A DNA stretch of 64,000 nt from Deltaproteobacteria bacterium (GTDB taxonomy: Bacteria; Desulfobacterota; Desulfomonilia; UBA1062). Both the position numbers and the translations under genes were made by a program. Within the stretch, counting starts at the first letter, position 1, and every line of letters starts with the position of its first letter. The notes under the pieces were generated by a model. It ran no database searches. It had not been told where the DNA came from and saw nothing but the letters and a program-made list of their open reading frames with translations. The stretch spans positions 9,696 to 73,695 of the forward strand of contig DSBG01000136.1 of the NCBI GenBank assembly GCA_011046135.1. The letters run 5' to 3'. Below, in pieces: positions 10,009 through 19,952 of this stretch.

Positions 10009-11496
10009 ATGAAGACGATTGGAAGGATCGCTGTCCTGTGGGTGTTTGTTGCTGCACTCACCTCTGTATCACACGCAGAGGCCATCAAGAGGGCCGTACT
10101 CTACGACTCCATGGCCCACCTCACCTTCGAGAAGACCATCAGCGGGATGCTGGTCCTTGATGGTACGCCGGATATGATCGTGGATTCCCTGACGGCAACC
10201 CCCGTCGATACCGCCATGATCCGGTCTGTCACGGTCGAGCCGCAGAGGATGGTCTCCGGGGCCGCTCTCGACCTCAAAGAACGGCTCACCAGGAGAAAGG
10301 CCGCACTCGACCTGAAAAGTAAGACGCTCACCATGGTGGAGAAGCAGGTTGCCGTCATCTATGGGGCTGCCCTGGCAGGAGACAAGGATCAGGCGTTTGA
10401 GGCACAGCACGTTGCAGAGGCCTTGAACTTCATCGAGGGACGGATTCCCGGTCTCAATGCCCAACAGGTAGCGCTCTCACAGGAAATAGAAAAGCTCGAA
10501 ATCGAGGTGAAGGACCTCCAGTCTCAACTGGACAGGATCTCCACGAGACAGGGGTTCCGGATCGTTATCGAGGCCGAGGGTGTCGTTGAGATCTCCTATG
10601 TGGTGAGAAATGCCTCCTGGACCCCGCTCTACCGTGTTCTTTCCTCACCGGACGCCGGCGAACTGATCATTGATGCATCTGCAAGAATCCATCAGACAAC
10701 GGGCATGGACTGGGAGATCGAAACTCTTGCCGTGTCAACGGGAAGACCATCCTTCGGCATCCAGGCTCCTGAAATAGGCCCATGGTACCTCGAAGCGTTT
10801 TCCAGGGGGCCACGGACAGCATTCAAATCCATGGAGGATACACACGTATCCACCGAGGCCACGCCTCTTCAGGGGGCCGAGGTAAGTGTCGAGGTCACAT
10901 CGACATCCTTTGTTGTCGGGGTGGCCAGAGGGATTCTCCTGCCCGGCGACGGGACATGGCGAACGATCGATCTCGGGAGAACCGCGCAGCAGGGGGTCTT
11001 TACCAGGATTGCCATTCCGAAATATCGCGAGAGCGCCTTTCTCCGGGCTGAAGCCACGCTGTCGGGGTCCATTCCTGTGCTGCCGGGGACGTATTTCGCC
11101 TTTGTTGATGGAGTGTTCTCCGGCAGGGGAACCCTTCGGAACACTCAGCCCGGAGAGAAGATGGAGATCGATCTCGGCATTGACGAAGGCATCGGCATCG
11201 AACGCACGCTCAAGGAACGCTATCGCGACAAAACCCTTCTCGGAAAGAACAGGGTGCGGTACACCTATGAGATGACCGTCAAAAATGCGAGAACCTCGCC
11301 AGTTCTCCTGAAGTTGAAGGACCACATTCCGCTCTCCAGGGATCAGAACATCAAGGTAGAGCTTCTCGGTGTTACTCCCCGCGTCGAACCTGACGACGAT
11401 GGCATTCTTGCCTGGAACCTTCAGATGGATCCCGGGCAGATAACGAGGGTGACCTTATCCTTCTCCATCACTGGAGAGACCGTCTCTGTGTGGTGA
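10009..11496 (+). CDS. DUF4139/DUF4140 (MuiA-like) exported protein
   Basis: Signal peptide MKTIGRIAVLWVFVAALTSVSHA, coiled coil, ASWTPLYR, QTTGMDW...STGRP, DHIPLS, GILAW; RBS AGGAGG upstream. Confidence 0.82.
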   Translation: MKTIGRIAVLWVFVAALTSVSHAEAIKRAVLYDSMAHLTFEKTISGMLVLDGTPDMIVDSLTATPVDTAMIRSVTVEPQRMVSGAALDLKERLTRRKAALDLKSKTLTMVEKQVAVIYGAALAGDKDQAFEAQHVAEALNFIEGRIPGLNAQQVALSQEIEKLEIEVKDLQSQLDRISTRQGFRIVIEAEGVVEISYVVRNASWTPLYRVLSSPDAGELIIDASARIHQTTGMDWEIETLAVSTGRPSFGIQAPEIGPWYLEAFSRGPRTAFKSMEDTHVSTEATPLQGAEVSVEVTSTSFVVGVARGILLPGDGTWRTIDLGRTAQQGVFTRIAIPKYRESAFLRAEATLSGSIPVLPGTYFAFVDGVFSGRGTLRNTQPGEKMEIDLGIDEGIGIERTLKERYRDKTLLGKNRVRYTYEMTVKNARTSPVLLKLKDHIPLSRDQNIKVELLGVTPRVEPDDDGILAWNLQMDPGQITRVTLSFSITGETVSVW

Positions 11497-11704
11497 TCGT
11501 CTTGTACGTGAAATCACCGACAATGGGTGAGGACCGGGTGTGATCTTTTATCATTGTTGAACGTTCCCTCGGGAGGTATCGGCCCCGTGGTCGACGGGAG
11601 CGGCTCCCTGCCCTCTCGGAACAGGCACAGGTGGTTTGCCCCTCGAGCAGGGCTTCTTGTCTGCATTCCGGAGAAAGGCCCCTTCTGCCGATGCAGTTTC
11701 TTTG

Positions 11705-12394
11705 CTACAGGGGCTTTTTCCCACTGACAATGCCGATGGTTCCGAACATGAAGCTGCGCGCAACGACACGGTGAAACCCTGCGAGCGACATGATTCCTGC
11801 TATCTCCAGGGGGGTTTTGAAGGCGTTGGTTGTTTGGGGAAGATAGCGGTAAGCCGCGGTGTTTCCTGCAATCAGGGTTCCCATACAGGGGATGATGACC
11901 CGGAAATAATTTCTGATCAGTCCTCTGAACGGGGTGTCTGCAGGTGGGCTGGTATCGAGGCAGACCGCCGTTCCCCCGGGCTTGAGGACACGCAGTTGCT
12001 CTCTGAAGGCCGCAGCGATGTCAGGGACATTCCTCACCAGAAAGCCAGCTGTCACTGAATCAAAGGTGTTGTCACGAAACGGGAGCACAAGAGCATCCGC
12101 CCCGCACCAGGCCACACGTCTGCCAGTCTTGTTCACGCCTTTTTTCATCATGGCATGTGTGAGGTCTGCGGCAATGATCTGTGCACGGGGATCTCTGCGC
12201 AGGGTCTGAATCGCGATCTCCCCGGTCCCCGCTCCGATATCCAGAAGGAGCCCTCCCGGGGGAAGCTCCATCATTCTCGTGACAATGCGTCTCCACCTGC
12301 GGTCCATACCGAAGGTCATGAGGGTGTTCATGAGGTCGTAGCGAGGAGAGATCTCCCCGAACATCTCTCGAACCCCTTGGTTCCAGCTTTTCAT
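11705..12394 (-). CDS. menG: Ubiquinone/menaquinone biosynthesis methyltransferase (UbiE/MenG family)
   Basis: VREMFGEISPRYDLMNTLMTFGMDRRWR, LDIGAGTG, LPFRDNTFD, RNV, RVLKPGG, AYRYLP. Confidence 0.85.
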   Translation of the reverse strand: MKSWNQGVREMFGEISPRYDLMNTLMTFGMDRRWRRIVTRMMELPPGGLLLDIGAGTGEIAIQTLRRDPRAQIIAADLTHAMMKKGVNKTGRRVAWCGADALVLPFRDNTFDSVTAGFLVRNVPDIAAAFREQLRVLKPGGTAVCLDTSPPADTPFRGLIRNYFRVIIPCMGTLIAGNTAAYRYLPQTTNAFKTPLEIAGIMSLAGFHRVVARSFMFGTIGIVSGKKPL

Positions 12395-12449
12395 GTCTTT
12401 CTCCGGGCCGCGTCCTTCGAAAGAAGGGAGGGTGCGCCACTCTCCCTTC

Positions 12450-14300
12450 TCACGGGCATTCCTCCCCTTTTCTTGCCTGGGCTATGACCCGGGCAACATT
12501 GTCCAGAAGCGGATGATCTTCGATTTCTTCACGGGAGAGGGGAAGGGAAATTGACCAGTTGGGCCACTGGGAGAGTGTGCCGGGCATATTCGGCCGCTCG
12601 TGCACGCCAAGAGCGTCATCGAGGGTGGCTGTCACAATGAGTGAAGGAGACCCGGCAAGCATGCGGTGGGTTTTTTTGATTACCTCGTCGATGGGTGTGT
12701 TCCTGGGTGCATTGATGATTTTTTTCAGACGGTTCCTGATCTGCCGTGTTCCATCCACGTTCGGGCGCAGACCGAGGTTCTGCTGCACGTGGAGATCTGT
12801 GCCGCTCCACAGACCCGCGATGGTTGGGAGGTCATGAGTTGTCACCGAAGCCAGCGCGAGTTTCGGATATTCCCCGGGAGGTTTTTCCTCGAACCAGAGG
12901 AGCCGGGAGGAGAGCATGTGGTGCTGCGCGAGCTTTCTGCGGACCTCCTGCTGTACGGTTCCGAGATCTTCACCCACGATGAAGGCACCGCTCCGGTAAC
13001 TCTCAAGGGCAATGATGGCGAGCAGATCCTGTGCAGGAAATCTCACATAGGCTCCCATCGCCGGTGACATGCCTTTCGGGATCCAGAACTGGCGGAACAG
13101 CCCCATGACATGATCGATCCGAAGTGCCTTGGCATGGCTCAGGCTCGCCTGGATGGTCTCACGAAAGGGGAGATACTCACATGCCCTCAATCGTGCCGGA
13201 ACGAATGGGGCGAGCCCCCAGTCCTGGCCCTGTGCGCTGAACTCATCGGGCGGTGCACCCACAGACATTTCCCTCGCAAGGATGTCTTGCCATGCCCATG
13301 CATCGAAGCCCTGGGGATCGAATCCCACCGGGAGATCCTGCATGATGGGAAGCTCCCGGGAAGCACATGCAAGCTGTTCATCGAGCAACCACTGGAGCCA
13401 CTGATGAAACCGTATCCTTTCGGTGTTTGCCTCGGCGAATCTCGCTACTGCTGCGGATGCCGGATGCCGGTATTCTCCGGGCCAGGAGTGCCAACCTCCC
13501 CCAAAGTGCTCGACAAGCACGCAGAAACACGCGTAGCTGTGGAGAGAATCCCCCTGTCGCGTGCAGTATCCATCGAATGAGGACGTCGTTCCGAAGCGTT
13601 TCCAGACACAATCCAGTGCTTTCATCTTGAGTCGGAACACCTCGTTGCGATCGATGATCCTCTCATGATTGAGACCTCTGCCCGCATCGGCGAGGGATTC
13701 AATCTCTCGGGAACACACCGGTGCTCCAGGTACTTCCTCGACCCTCAGGTACAGGGGGTTCCGATATCGTCTGCTCGTGGGATAGTACGGGCTCGACTGC
13801 TGTGGGAGCACCGGATTGACAGCCAACAGAGGATTTATGAGGATAATCCCGGCACCGTGGGTCTGCCGTGACCGCCGGGCGAACTCCCGGAGATCGGCCA
13901 GATCACCTATTCCCCAGCTTTTCCTGGAGCGCAGGGCATAGAGTTGTACTGCCCAACCCCAGTCCCGGCGTCTCTCGGGCAGGACGCAGCACCCCGGGCT
14001 TGCAATGAGAAAAACCGGTTTGTCCCCTTCAAGAGGTCTGAGCTGGTGATACCCGTAGGGAATATCTCTGGGGAGTGATCCGCGCACTTTGACGATGGTG
14101 CCGTCTTCCAGAACGAGATCCGCATCCCCCTCGATGGGATATACCCGTCCCGGCCGCACGACACGCGCCTTGCTTTCACCAGGAATCTGACTTCCCTGCA
14201 TGGCAGCCTCGATGGCACTGCGCGTTTCTTCGGGTGTCCGGTGCCATGCTCCGAGCACATCCCGATACCTGGAGTAGATGTCCGGTGAGGTTCTGCCCAT
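12450..14300 (-). CDS. malQ: 4-alpha-glucanotransferase (amylomaltase, GH77)
   Basis: QLYALRS..SWGIGD, SPYYPTSR, GAPPD.F...GQDWG, LRIDHVMG, IVGEDLG, TTHDLPT, NMPGT..WPNW. Confidence 0.93.
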   Translation of the reverse strand: MGRTSPDIYSRYRDVLGAWHRTPEETRSAIEAAMQGSQIPGESKARVVRPGRVYPIEGDADLVLEDGTIVKVRGSLPRDIPYGYHQLRPLEGDKPVFLIASPGCCVLPERRRDWGWAVQLYALRSRKSWGIGDLADLREFARRSRQTHGAGIILINPLLAVNPVLPQQSSPYYPTSRRYRNPLYLRVEEVPGAPVCSREIESLADAGRGLNHERIIDRNEVFRLKMKALDCVWKRFGTTSSFDGYCTRQGDSLHSYACFCVLVEHFGGGWHSWPGEYRHPASAAVARFAEANTERIRFHQWLQWLLDEQLACASRELPIMQDLPVGFDPQGFDAWAWQDILAREMSVGAPPDEFSAQGQDWGLAPFVPARLRACEYLPFRETIQASLSHAKALRIDHVMGLFRQFWIPKGMSPAMGAYVRFPAQDLLAIIALESYRSGAFIVGEDLGTVQQEVRRKLAQHHMLSSRLLWFEEKPPGEYPKLALASVTTHDLPTIAGLWSGTDLHVQQNLGLRPNVDGTRQIRNRLKKIINAPRNTPIDEVIKKTHRMLAGSPSLIVTATLDDALGVHERPNMPGTLSQWPNWSISLPLSREEIEDHPLLDNVARVIAQARKGEECP

Positions 14301-14629
14301 TGAGTAACCCTATCCTCAGAGATCCATGAGAACTCGCATCCCGCTACGTCAATCCACCTCTCATTCACTACGAGGTTAAATACCCTGCAAAGGCAAAGAA
14401 CGCAAGATCTGCCCCTGTTTTCATTCCTCAAAGAGACAAGATTCCTCGGACATCCGCCTGATACCTCAGGTACAGGGGTGCTCCAACGGATTACGGAGCT
14501 GAATGTTCATAGCCAGTGAAGAAACAACGCTTCGCTGCTCGGAGAGCACATCGAAAAGCCTCCGCACTGGATCGTGGGGTAAGACAGTTGGTGCCGTATC
14601 TTCCTCGCACGCTCTCCTGCAGGTCTTGT

Positions 14630-16498
14630 TTAGGTGATCTTATCCCAGTTGACGGTCACCTTGTGTTTTTTCCGTGACTGTTCCATATACGCATCGATGA
14701 TTGTCTCACGCTTCATTGAAAGCAGATCTTCTCTGATTGCCCGCGCCTTCCTCTCATCGAGGGCTGTCATGTCTGCCTCTCTTCTGTCCTTGATCCACAC
14801 CACATAGACCTTGTCTTCATGAGCGTAGACTTTCGGGTTTCCGAGGGAATCGAGTTCGTCCCTCAGGGAGGGGAACATGGCAAGGTTTGGTATGGAAGAC
14901 ACGGTTCTTTTGAACTCTCCGGTGGAAGAAGGGTTCCTGCCGAGAAGAACCTCTCGGTCCTGCGAAGCGAGCTTGTTGGCCTCCTCCCTGGTAAGCTCAC
15001 GAGCCTTCTGTGATCTGAGGTCGGAGGTCACCGTATCCCGAATCTCGTCGAGGTCAGGTATCCGGGCGAATTCTCTGGCTGCCACCATATAGACGATGAA
15101 GGAATTCCCGATCTCAGCGACATCACCGATCTCTCCTTCAGGATAGAGGAAGGCCTTTGACGTAACCTCGCTTCCCGCAAAAGGATCGCGCTGTTCGCCT
15201 TCAAAGAAAGGACCGCTCTCTTTCACATCAAGCCCTCGCTGACTGGCATACCCTGCAAAATCAAGCTCTTCTTTTTCAAAGAGCTCTATGAAAGCGCTTT
15301 CGGCTTCGTCAGCGGCAAGGATTCGGGCGCGCTGGAATCTCAGTGTTTCTGTAATGGCTGAGGAGACTTCTTCAAAGGGAATCAGCCGCTCTTCTTCCTT
15401 TGCCTCGAGTTTGAAAACATGAAAGCCCACCAAGGACCTGACCGGCCCTTTGATCTCTCCGGGATCCATGTCAGAGAGCACTGATCCCAGCGGCTCCGGG
15501 AGGCTCCTTACCGGGACGAGACCAAGATCCCCGCCAGAGGCTGCACTCTCGGCATCATCAGAGTAGGTTCTGGCCAGAGCAGCAAAGTCCTGGCCCGTTG
15601 TGGCCTTTTCCAGAATCTCTCGTGCCAGCCTTTCCTTTTCCTCCACGACGGTCGCCTCGGCATCCGGGGGAACCTCCAGAAGAATGTGCCGCGGGTGCAC
15701 TTGAGCCTGCGTGGTGAATTCGTTTCTATGACCATCATAGTGGTCCTGAGCATCTTCAGCGTCCACCTCTATGTCCTTCAGGTAGCGCTGAACCGGAAAT
15801 TCGATGTAAGCGATGCTCGTTTTAGGAGGTACTTTATAGGTTTCCTTGTGGATGTCGTAAAAAGCTTGAACCTCTTCGGGTGTAATGTGCACGCCTTTGC
15901 TGTTCGCCTCGACGTCGACGGGAATGAAATACAGGTCGAAGGTGTCGTTACGGAATTTGTAGGTTGCCTCGATCTCTTTGGCGGAGACAACGACATGTTC
16001 CGTCAAAATGGCATAGAACCGTTGTTTCAGAAGAGATCTTCGCTGCTGTTGTTCAAACTCTCCCGGGGTGATCCTCTGGTACTCGAGGATTCTCCGGTAG
16101 TGATCCATGCTGAACTGGCCGTTTATCTGAAAAGCCGGCACCTGCCTCAGGGCAAGCTGGAGTTCGTCGTTCGAGACAACGACGCCCAGCTGCTCTGCAT
16201 CGACCTTGAGAATATAGTCGTCTATGAGCTGGTTAAGGACCTCTGTCTTCAGGTCCAGCCGCTTGATCATCTCCGGCGTCAATGCGTCGCCGAACTGATT
16301 CTGATATGCCTTCAACATGTCGCTGTATGCCTTCTGGTAGCTCTGCACGGAAATGATATAACGGTCTATCTTGGCAACCTTGTTCGCTTCCCGTGTAACG
16401 TATGAACTCCCTCCCCAGAGCACAAACACCACAATGATTGCTCCGAATATGATGTAGGCAATCCAGCTCTTGGAATGCTTTCTCATGTAGCTCAGCAT
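14630..16498 (-). CDS. ppiD: PpiD-like periplasmic chaperone (SurA N-terminal plus parvulin domain)
   Basis: MLSYMRKHSKSW plus TM; FQINGQF; RHILL..DFAALARTYSDD..GGDLG..GFHVFKL; AAGGAGAGG RBS before 16498. Confidence 0.85.
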   Translation of the reverse strand: MLSYMRKHSKSWIAYIIFGAIIVVFVLWGGSSYVTREANKVAKIDRYIISVQSYQKAYSDMLKAYQNQFGDALTPEMIKRLDLKTEVLNQLIDDYILKVDAEQLGVVVSNDELQLALRQVPAFQINGQFSMDHYRRILEYQRITPGEFEQQQRRSLLKQRFYAILTEHVVVSAKEIEATYKFRNDTFDLYFIPVDVEANSKGVHITPEEVQAFYDIHKETYKVPPKTSIAYIEFPVQRYLKDIEVDAEDAQDHYDGHRNEFTTQAQVHPRHILLEVPPDAEATVVEEKERLAREILEKATTGQDFAALARTYSDDAESAASGGDLGLVPVRSLPEPLGSVLSDMDPGEIKGPVRSLVGFHVFKLEAKEEERLIPFEEVSSAITETLRFQRARILAADEAESAFIELFEKEELDFAGYASQRGLDVKESGPFFEGEQRDPFAGSEVTSKAFLYPEGEIGDVAEIGNSFIVYMVAAREFARIPDLDEIRDTVTSDLRSQKARELTREEANKLASQDREVLLGRNPSSTGEFKRTVSSIPNLAMFPSLRDELDSLGNPKVYAHEDKVYVVWIKDRREADMTALDERKARAIREDLLSMKRETIIDAYMEQSRKKHKVTVNWDKIT

Positions 16499-16750
16499 GA
16501 ACCTCTCCTTTACGCTCATCTCAGTGTTATTCTGGCAGGAACGATAGATGAATGCGCAGATTATTGCAAGGATTTCATGTTGGAAGAGAAACAGAGGATT
16601 CTGGTTCTGGCAAGGGTGAACAACCTCACCCTTCGGGGTTCCCCCCTGAACGCGAACCGGATTGTCTTCACTGACGCCTCTCGATGTCAGCATCTGCGAT
16701 CCACGGTCCTTCTCTGACACAAGATCCGGTACATCACCTGAAACTGTATC

Positions 16751-16780
16751 TTGAGTTTTACGGCAATTTCCCTGTACAAT
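16751..16780 (+). promoter_or_regulatory. Candidate sigma70 promoter
   Basis: TTGAGT-N18-TACAAT upstream of the 16816 ORF. Confidence 0.35.
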
Positions 16781-16815
16781 ACCTCAGGCACTGAACACTG
16801 AGGAGAGGAGTTGCT

Positions 16816-17091
16816 GTGGATAGGATAGTCCTTGGCGCAGGAATTGTAGGTGTTGTCGGAGGGTTCTGTATTCTCGTGTATCAGACACTGATGTTTCTCA
16901 TGCATGGCACATGGCCAGCTTATTCTCTCCAGACGGCAGTGGATAACGGACCGAACGTCATTGCCCAAGCGATTGGATCTTCCCCTGTGATCGCAGGCTT
17001 CACCCAGGGATGTCCCCTCTTCGTTGCCGTCATCGTGATTGGCCTCGTCCTGCTCTTTTTCGGCTCGAAATTGAGAAACCGGTATTCATGA
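16816..17091 (+). CDS. Small hypothetical membrane protein (2 TM)
   Basis: Strong RBS (GAGGAG), two hydrophobic segments, basic C-terminus. Confidence 0.65.
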   Translation: MDRIVLGAGIVGVVGGFCILVYQTLMFLMHGTWPAYSLQTAVDNGPNVIAQAIGSSPVIAGFTQGCPLFVAVIVIGLVLLFFGSKLRNRYS

Positions 17092-17190
17092 TCCCGTGAC
17101 ATCACGGTCTCACATCCACAATCCCATTCGCATGAGATGTCATGAGAGAACGAGTACGCGCTCGAGTTCACCGCACGGGGGTCAATTTCG

Positions 17191-17751
17191 GTGATCTGGC
17201 TTTCTCATAGCGGTATCGTCGGCTATATCCTGCTCGGCATTTCCGTCATCACCCTTGCGGTTTTCCTCGAACGGATCGCTGTTCTCTGGTTCGAGCGCTC
17301 GCGCTACCGGAGAAAACAGGGCATCTACGGGGTACTCGTTCATACCGAAGAGCGATACCGCGGTTTCGAGAATCTGCAACGAGAGGAACGAATCGCACAG
17401 GCGGCGGAAAAAGAACTCGACAGGCACTCTTCAGGGATCGGATTCATCAGGCTCGTATCCCAGACAGCGCCGTTGCTCGGCCTCCTGGGAACAGTGCTGG
17501 GTATGATCACCGCATTCAGAAGGGTGTCTGCCTCCGGTGGTTCGGTGAATCCCTCCGAACTCGCTTCCGGTATCTGGGTCGCTCTGCTCACCACTGCAGA
17601 GGGGCTCATTGTGGCCCTGGTAGCCTTCCTCATGTATCACTACCTGGAGTTTATCATCACGGCATGGGCCAAGGAGATCACCGGCGATGCAGAAAGAATC
17701 CTGGAGGAACCCGGAGATGATCCGGATAGGCAAGAAAAATCATCCGCGTGA
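17191..17751 (+). CDS. exbB: MotA/TolQ/ExbB proton channel protein
   Basis: APLLGLLGTVLGMI, GIWVALLTTAEGLIVA. Confidence 0.85.
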   Translation: MIWLSHSGIVGYILLGISVITLAVFLERIAVLWFERSRYRRKQGIYGVLVHTEERYRGFENLQREERIAQAAEKELDRHSSGIGFIRLVSQTAPLLGLLGTVLGMITAFRRVSASGGSVNPSELASGIWVALLTTAEGLIVALVAFLMYHYLEFIITAWAKEITGDAERILEEPGDDPDRQEKSSA

Positions 17752-18106
17752 TGAACCCAGGATCGAGCTCACTCCGCTGGTGGATGTCGTCTTCCTCCTG
17801 CTGATCTTCTTTCTGCTGACCGCGACCTCAGTACAGCACACCTTTGACATCACCCTGCCCGACGCGAAGAGTTCCCTGCCTCACTCCACCGAGTTGACCG
17901 TAGAGATTGCCATCACAGAGCAGGGAGACATACTCCTCCAGGGAAAAGCATCCACCCTGGAAATCATTGAAGCGCTCCCACAGTCATCTGAGGTGGTGAT
18001 CTTCGGTGACGAGGGTGCCCCCTATGGCATCTTCGTGAAGGTCATCGATGCCCTGCGCATCAACGGTATCGAACGTATCACCATCGCTACGGGCATTCCT
18101 CGCTAG
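17717..18106 (+). CDS. exbD: Biopolymer transporter ExbD/TolR
   Basis: IELTPLVDVVFLLLIFF with conserved Asp; LP.A; GDEGAPYG. Confidence 0.88.
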   Translation: MIRIGKKNHPRDEPRIELTPLVDVVFLLLIFFLLTATSVQHTFDITLPDAKSSLPHSTELTVEIAITEQGDILLQGKASTLEIIEALPQSSEVVIFGDEGAPYGIFVKVIDALRINGIERITIATGIPR

Positions 18107-18564
18107 TCTTGCCACATTCCGATACTTCGTGCCCGGGCTTCCTTTTCGTAGGCGATGAAGAGGTCTTTGTGCGTATACTCAAACCTGCGGTAGGCACGCG
18201 CCCACCCGTCTCGAATGATGCGGCCATTTATGAGCACATCACCAAGATAGACATAGGCAAGGGTTCTTCCATACTTGTCAAGGGGGGTATCGCCGAGATT
18301 GAGAGAGACTTTCTTGTGGAGGATGAGGTCTCTGAGGTAGTCCTTGCTCTGAATGCCGAAGGGCTCTTCCTGCCTGTAGGGTGATTCGACCTCGGGAGCA
18401 TCCACCCCGATAAGCCGTACCTTTCTCCCGTCTTCTATGAGGATGGTGTCACCGTCATAGACTTCTATGACCTCGAAGAGATGCACCGCCTTCGCCCAGT
18501 GGTAGAGTCCCAGCACCAGGAAAATCATGATGAGGACGAGCGGCCAGCGGACATACGCCCTCAT
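18103..18564 (-). CDS. Thermonuclease (SNase) family protein with N-terminal membrane anchor/signal
   Basis: VYDGDTI, VRLIGVDAPE, DKYGRTLAYVY, EKEAR...GMW. Confidence 0.93.
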   Translation of the reverse strand: MRAYVRWPLVLIMIFLVLGLYHWAKAVHLFEVIEVYDGDTILIEDGRKVRLIGVDAPEVESPYRQEEPFGIQSKDYLRDLILHKKVSLNLGDTPLDKYGRTLAYVYLGDVLINGRIIRDGWARAYRRFEYTHKDLFIAYEKEARARSIGMWQD

Positions 18565-19709
18565 TCGATGACCTCCTCGTGCCCTTCGTGAATTCCCATC
18601 AGCGAGAGGCCCTCCAGGACTGTGGAGGCATACAAATCGCTGGAGACAATGGGTGCCAGGTGATTACCCGGAAGAATCCTGAAAACGCACCGAGACTCCT
18701 CCTGTGACACATCATGGTAGTAGGTCTCCCAGAAGAGCTTGGTCTCCTCTCCAGAGATCTGGTTCGGGTCCTTCAAGGGGATGTTCCTCGCGATATCCAT
18801 GCATGAATCCTGGCGTGCGAAGATGACCACGATGGCCCTGAGATGCCTGGCGCTGAATACAGTACTGTCAGTGAAAAGGCTGCAGTCGTCGATATCCTTC
18901 CATACCCTCTTGGCCTTTTCCGGATGACTATACACGACAGCGGATGCGATCGATCTGATGAAATCACCCACGATACCCCTGGTAAAACCCCACCCTGACT
19001 GCAGGGTCTTCCGGAGATGACCGTTGAGAGAAAATTTTGAAATGCTCAGGCATTCATTGCTGAACCTCTTTACGAGAATCTCCGAGTCCCAGCGTTCGTA
19101 CCCTGCCGGGCACACCTGGGCAAGGGAAGATACCGAGGCCGGGTACGCATGGGCGAATCTCCGTGCAAGGATCGCTCCGTGCGACCATCCCAGAACGGCG
19201 ATCTTCGCCCCAACACCCTGTGGTTTTTTCCTCGGTTGCACTTTGTCCAGACGAAGAGGCAGGTCGGACAGAGCTCGGTACCCCTCGATGCAGATTCCCT
19301 CTCCTTCAAGGACATAGCGAACCATTTCCATGAGGATGAACTCCTTGCCCGTGTCACCATGCCAGGAGGGGTCATCGCCGTAGGGGGTATCCGAGACAGG
19401 AACAATCACGATTCCTGATCTGCTGAGAAGGGCGAGCCGGGACGTGAACCCATAGGCATCTCCAGGCCGCTGGGCATGACCGTGAAAGAACACGATGACC
19501 TCGGAGGAGAGTTTTCTTCTGGCTCGATCGGCCAGCTTCTCTTCCTGGGTACGTGCATCGATGAACAGGTACGAGCCGCGAAGCACCTCGCCATTGAAGT
19601 GTATCTTCATCGTGAAGGTCGGGGGCTTCGCAGGAATGCTCCTCTGTGCAGCACCCGGCACTCCCGGTGTGAAGAGCATTCCAATCAGCAGGCATGGGAG
19701 AATCTTCAT
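18561..19709 (-). CDS. Secreted alpha/beta-hydrolase fold protein
   Basis: Signal peptide; FFHGH; nucleophile elbow GWSHG; D (ARQD) and H (PGNH) as candidate triad members. Confidence 0.7.
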   Translation of the reverse strand: MKILPCLLIGMLFTPGVPGAAQRSIPAKPPTFTMKIHFNGEVLRGSYLFIDARTQEEKLADRARRKLSSEVIVFFHGHAQRPGDAYGFTSRLALLSRSGIVIVPVSDTPYGDDPSWHGDTGKEFILMEMVRYVLEGEGICIEGYRALSDLPLRLDKVQPRKKPQGVGAKIAVLGWSHGAILARRFAHAYPASVSSLAQVCPAGYERWDSEILVKRFSNECLSISKFSLNGHLRKTLQSGWGFTRGIVGDFIRSIASAVVYSHPEKAKRVWKDIDDCSLFTDSTVFSARHLRAIVVIFARQDSCMDIARNIPLKDPNQISGEETKLFWETYYHDVSQEESRCVFRILPGNHLAPIVSSDLYASTVLEGLSLMGIHEGHEEVIE

Positions 19710-19952
19710 GAGTACCGATTTCCCCTCATCCTCTCTTCCTTGCATGAAATCCTGGTGTTCTCATGATTCAGAGGATCAGCGGCATCCTGTTTCGGACTCC
19801 CCGCTGATGGGAACCCGAGTCTCCCTGTCGGGACGTGCATGAGGGATGTGTGCATCCGTGCCGTCCACCGTGCCGCCAATTCTCCTGCACGACTCGCACC
19901 TCGAGCGGACAGCATCGAGGCACCCGCATCAAAGCCCGTATCCAACACAATC

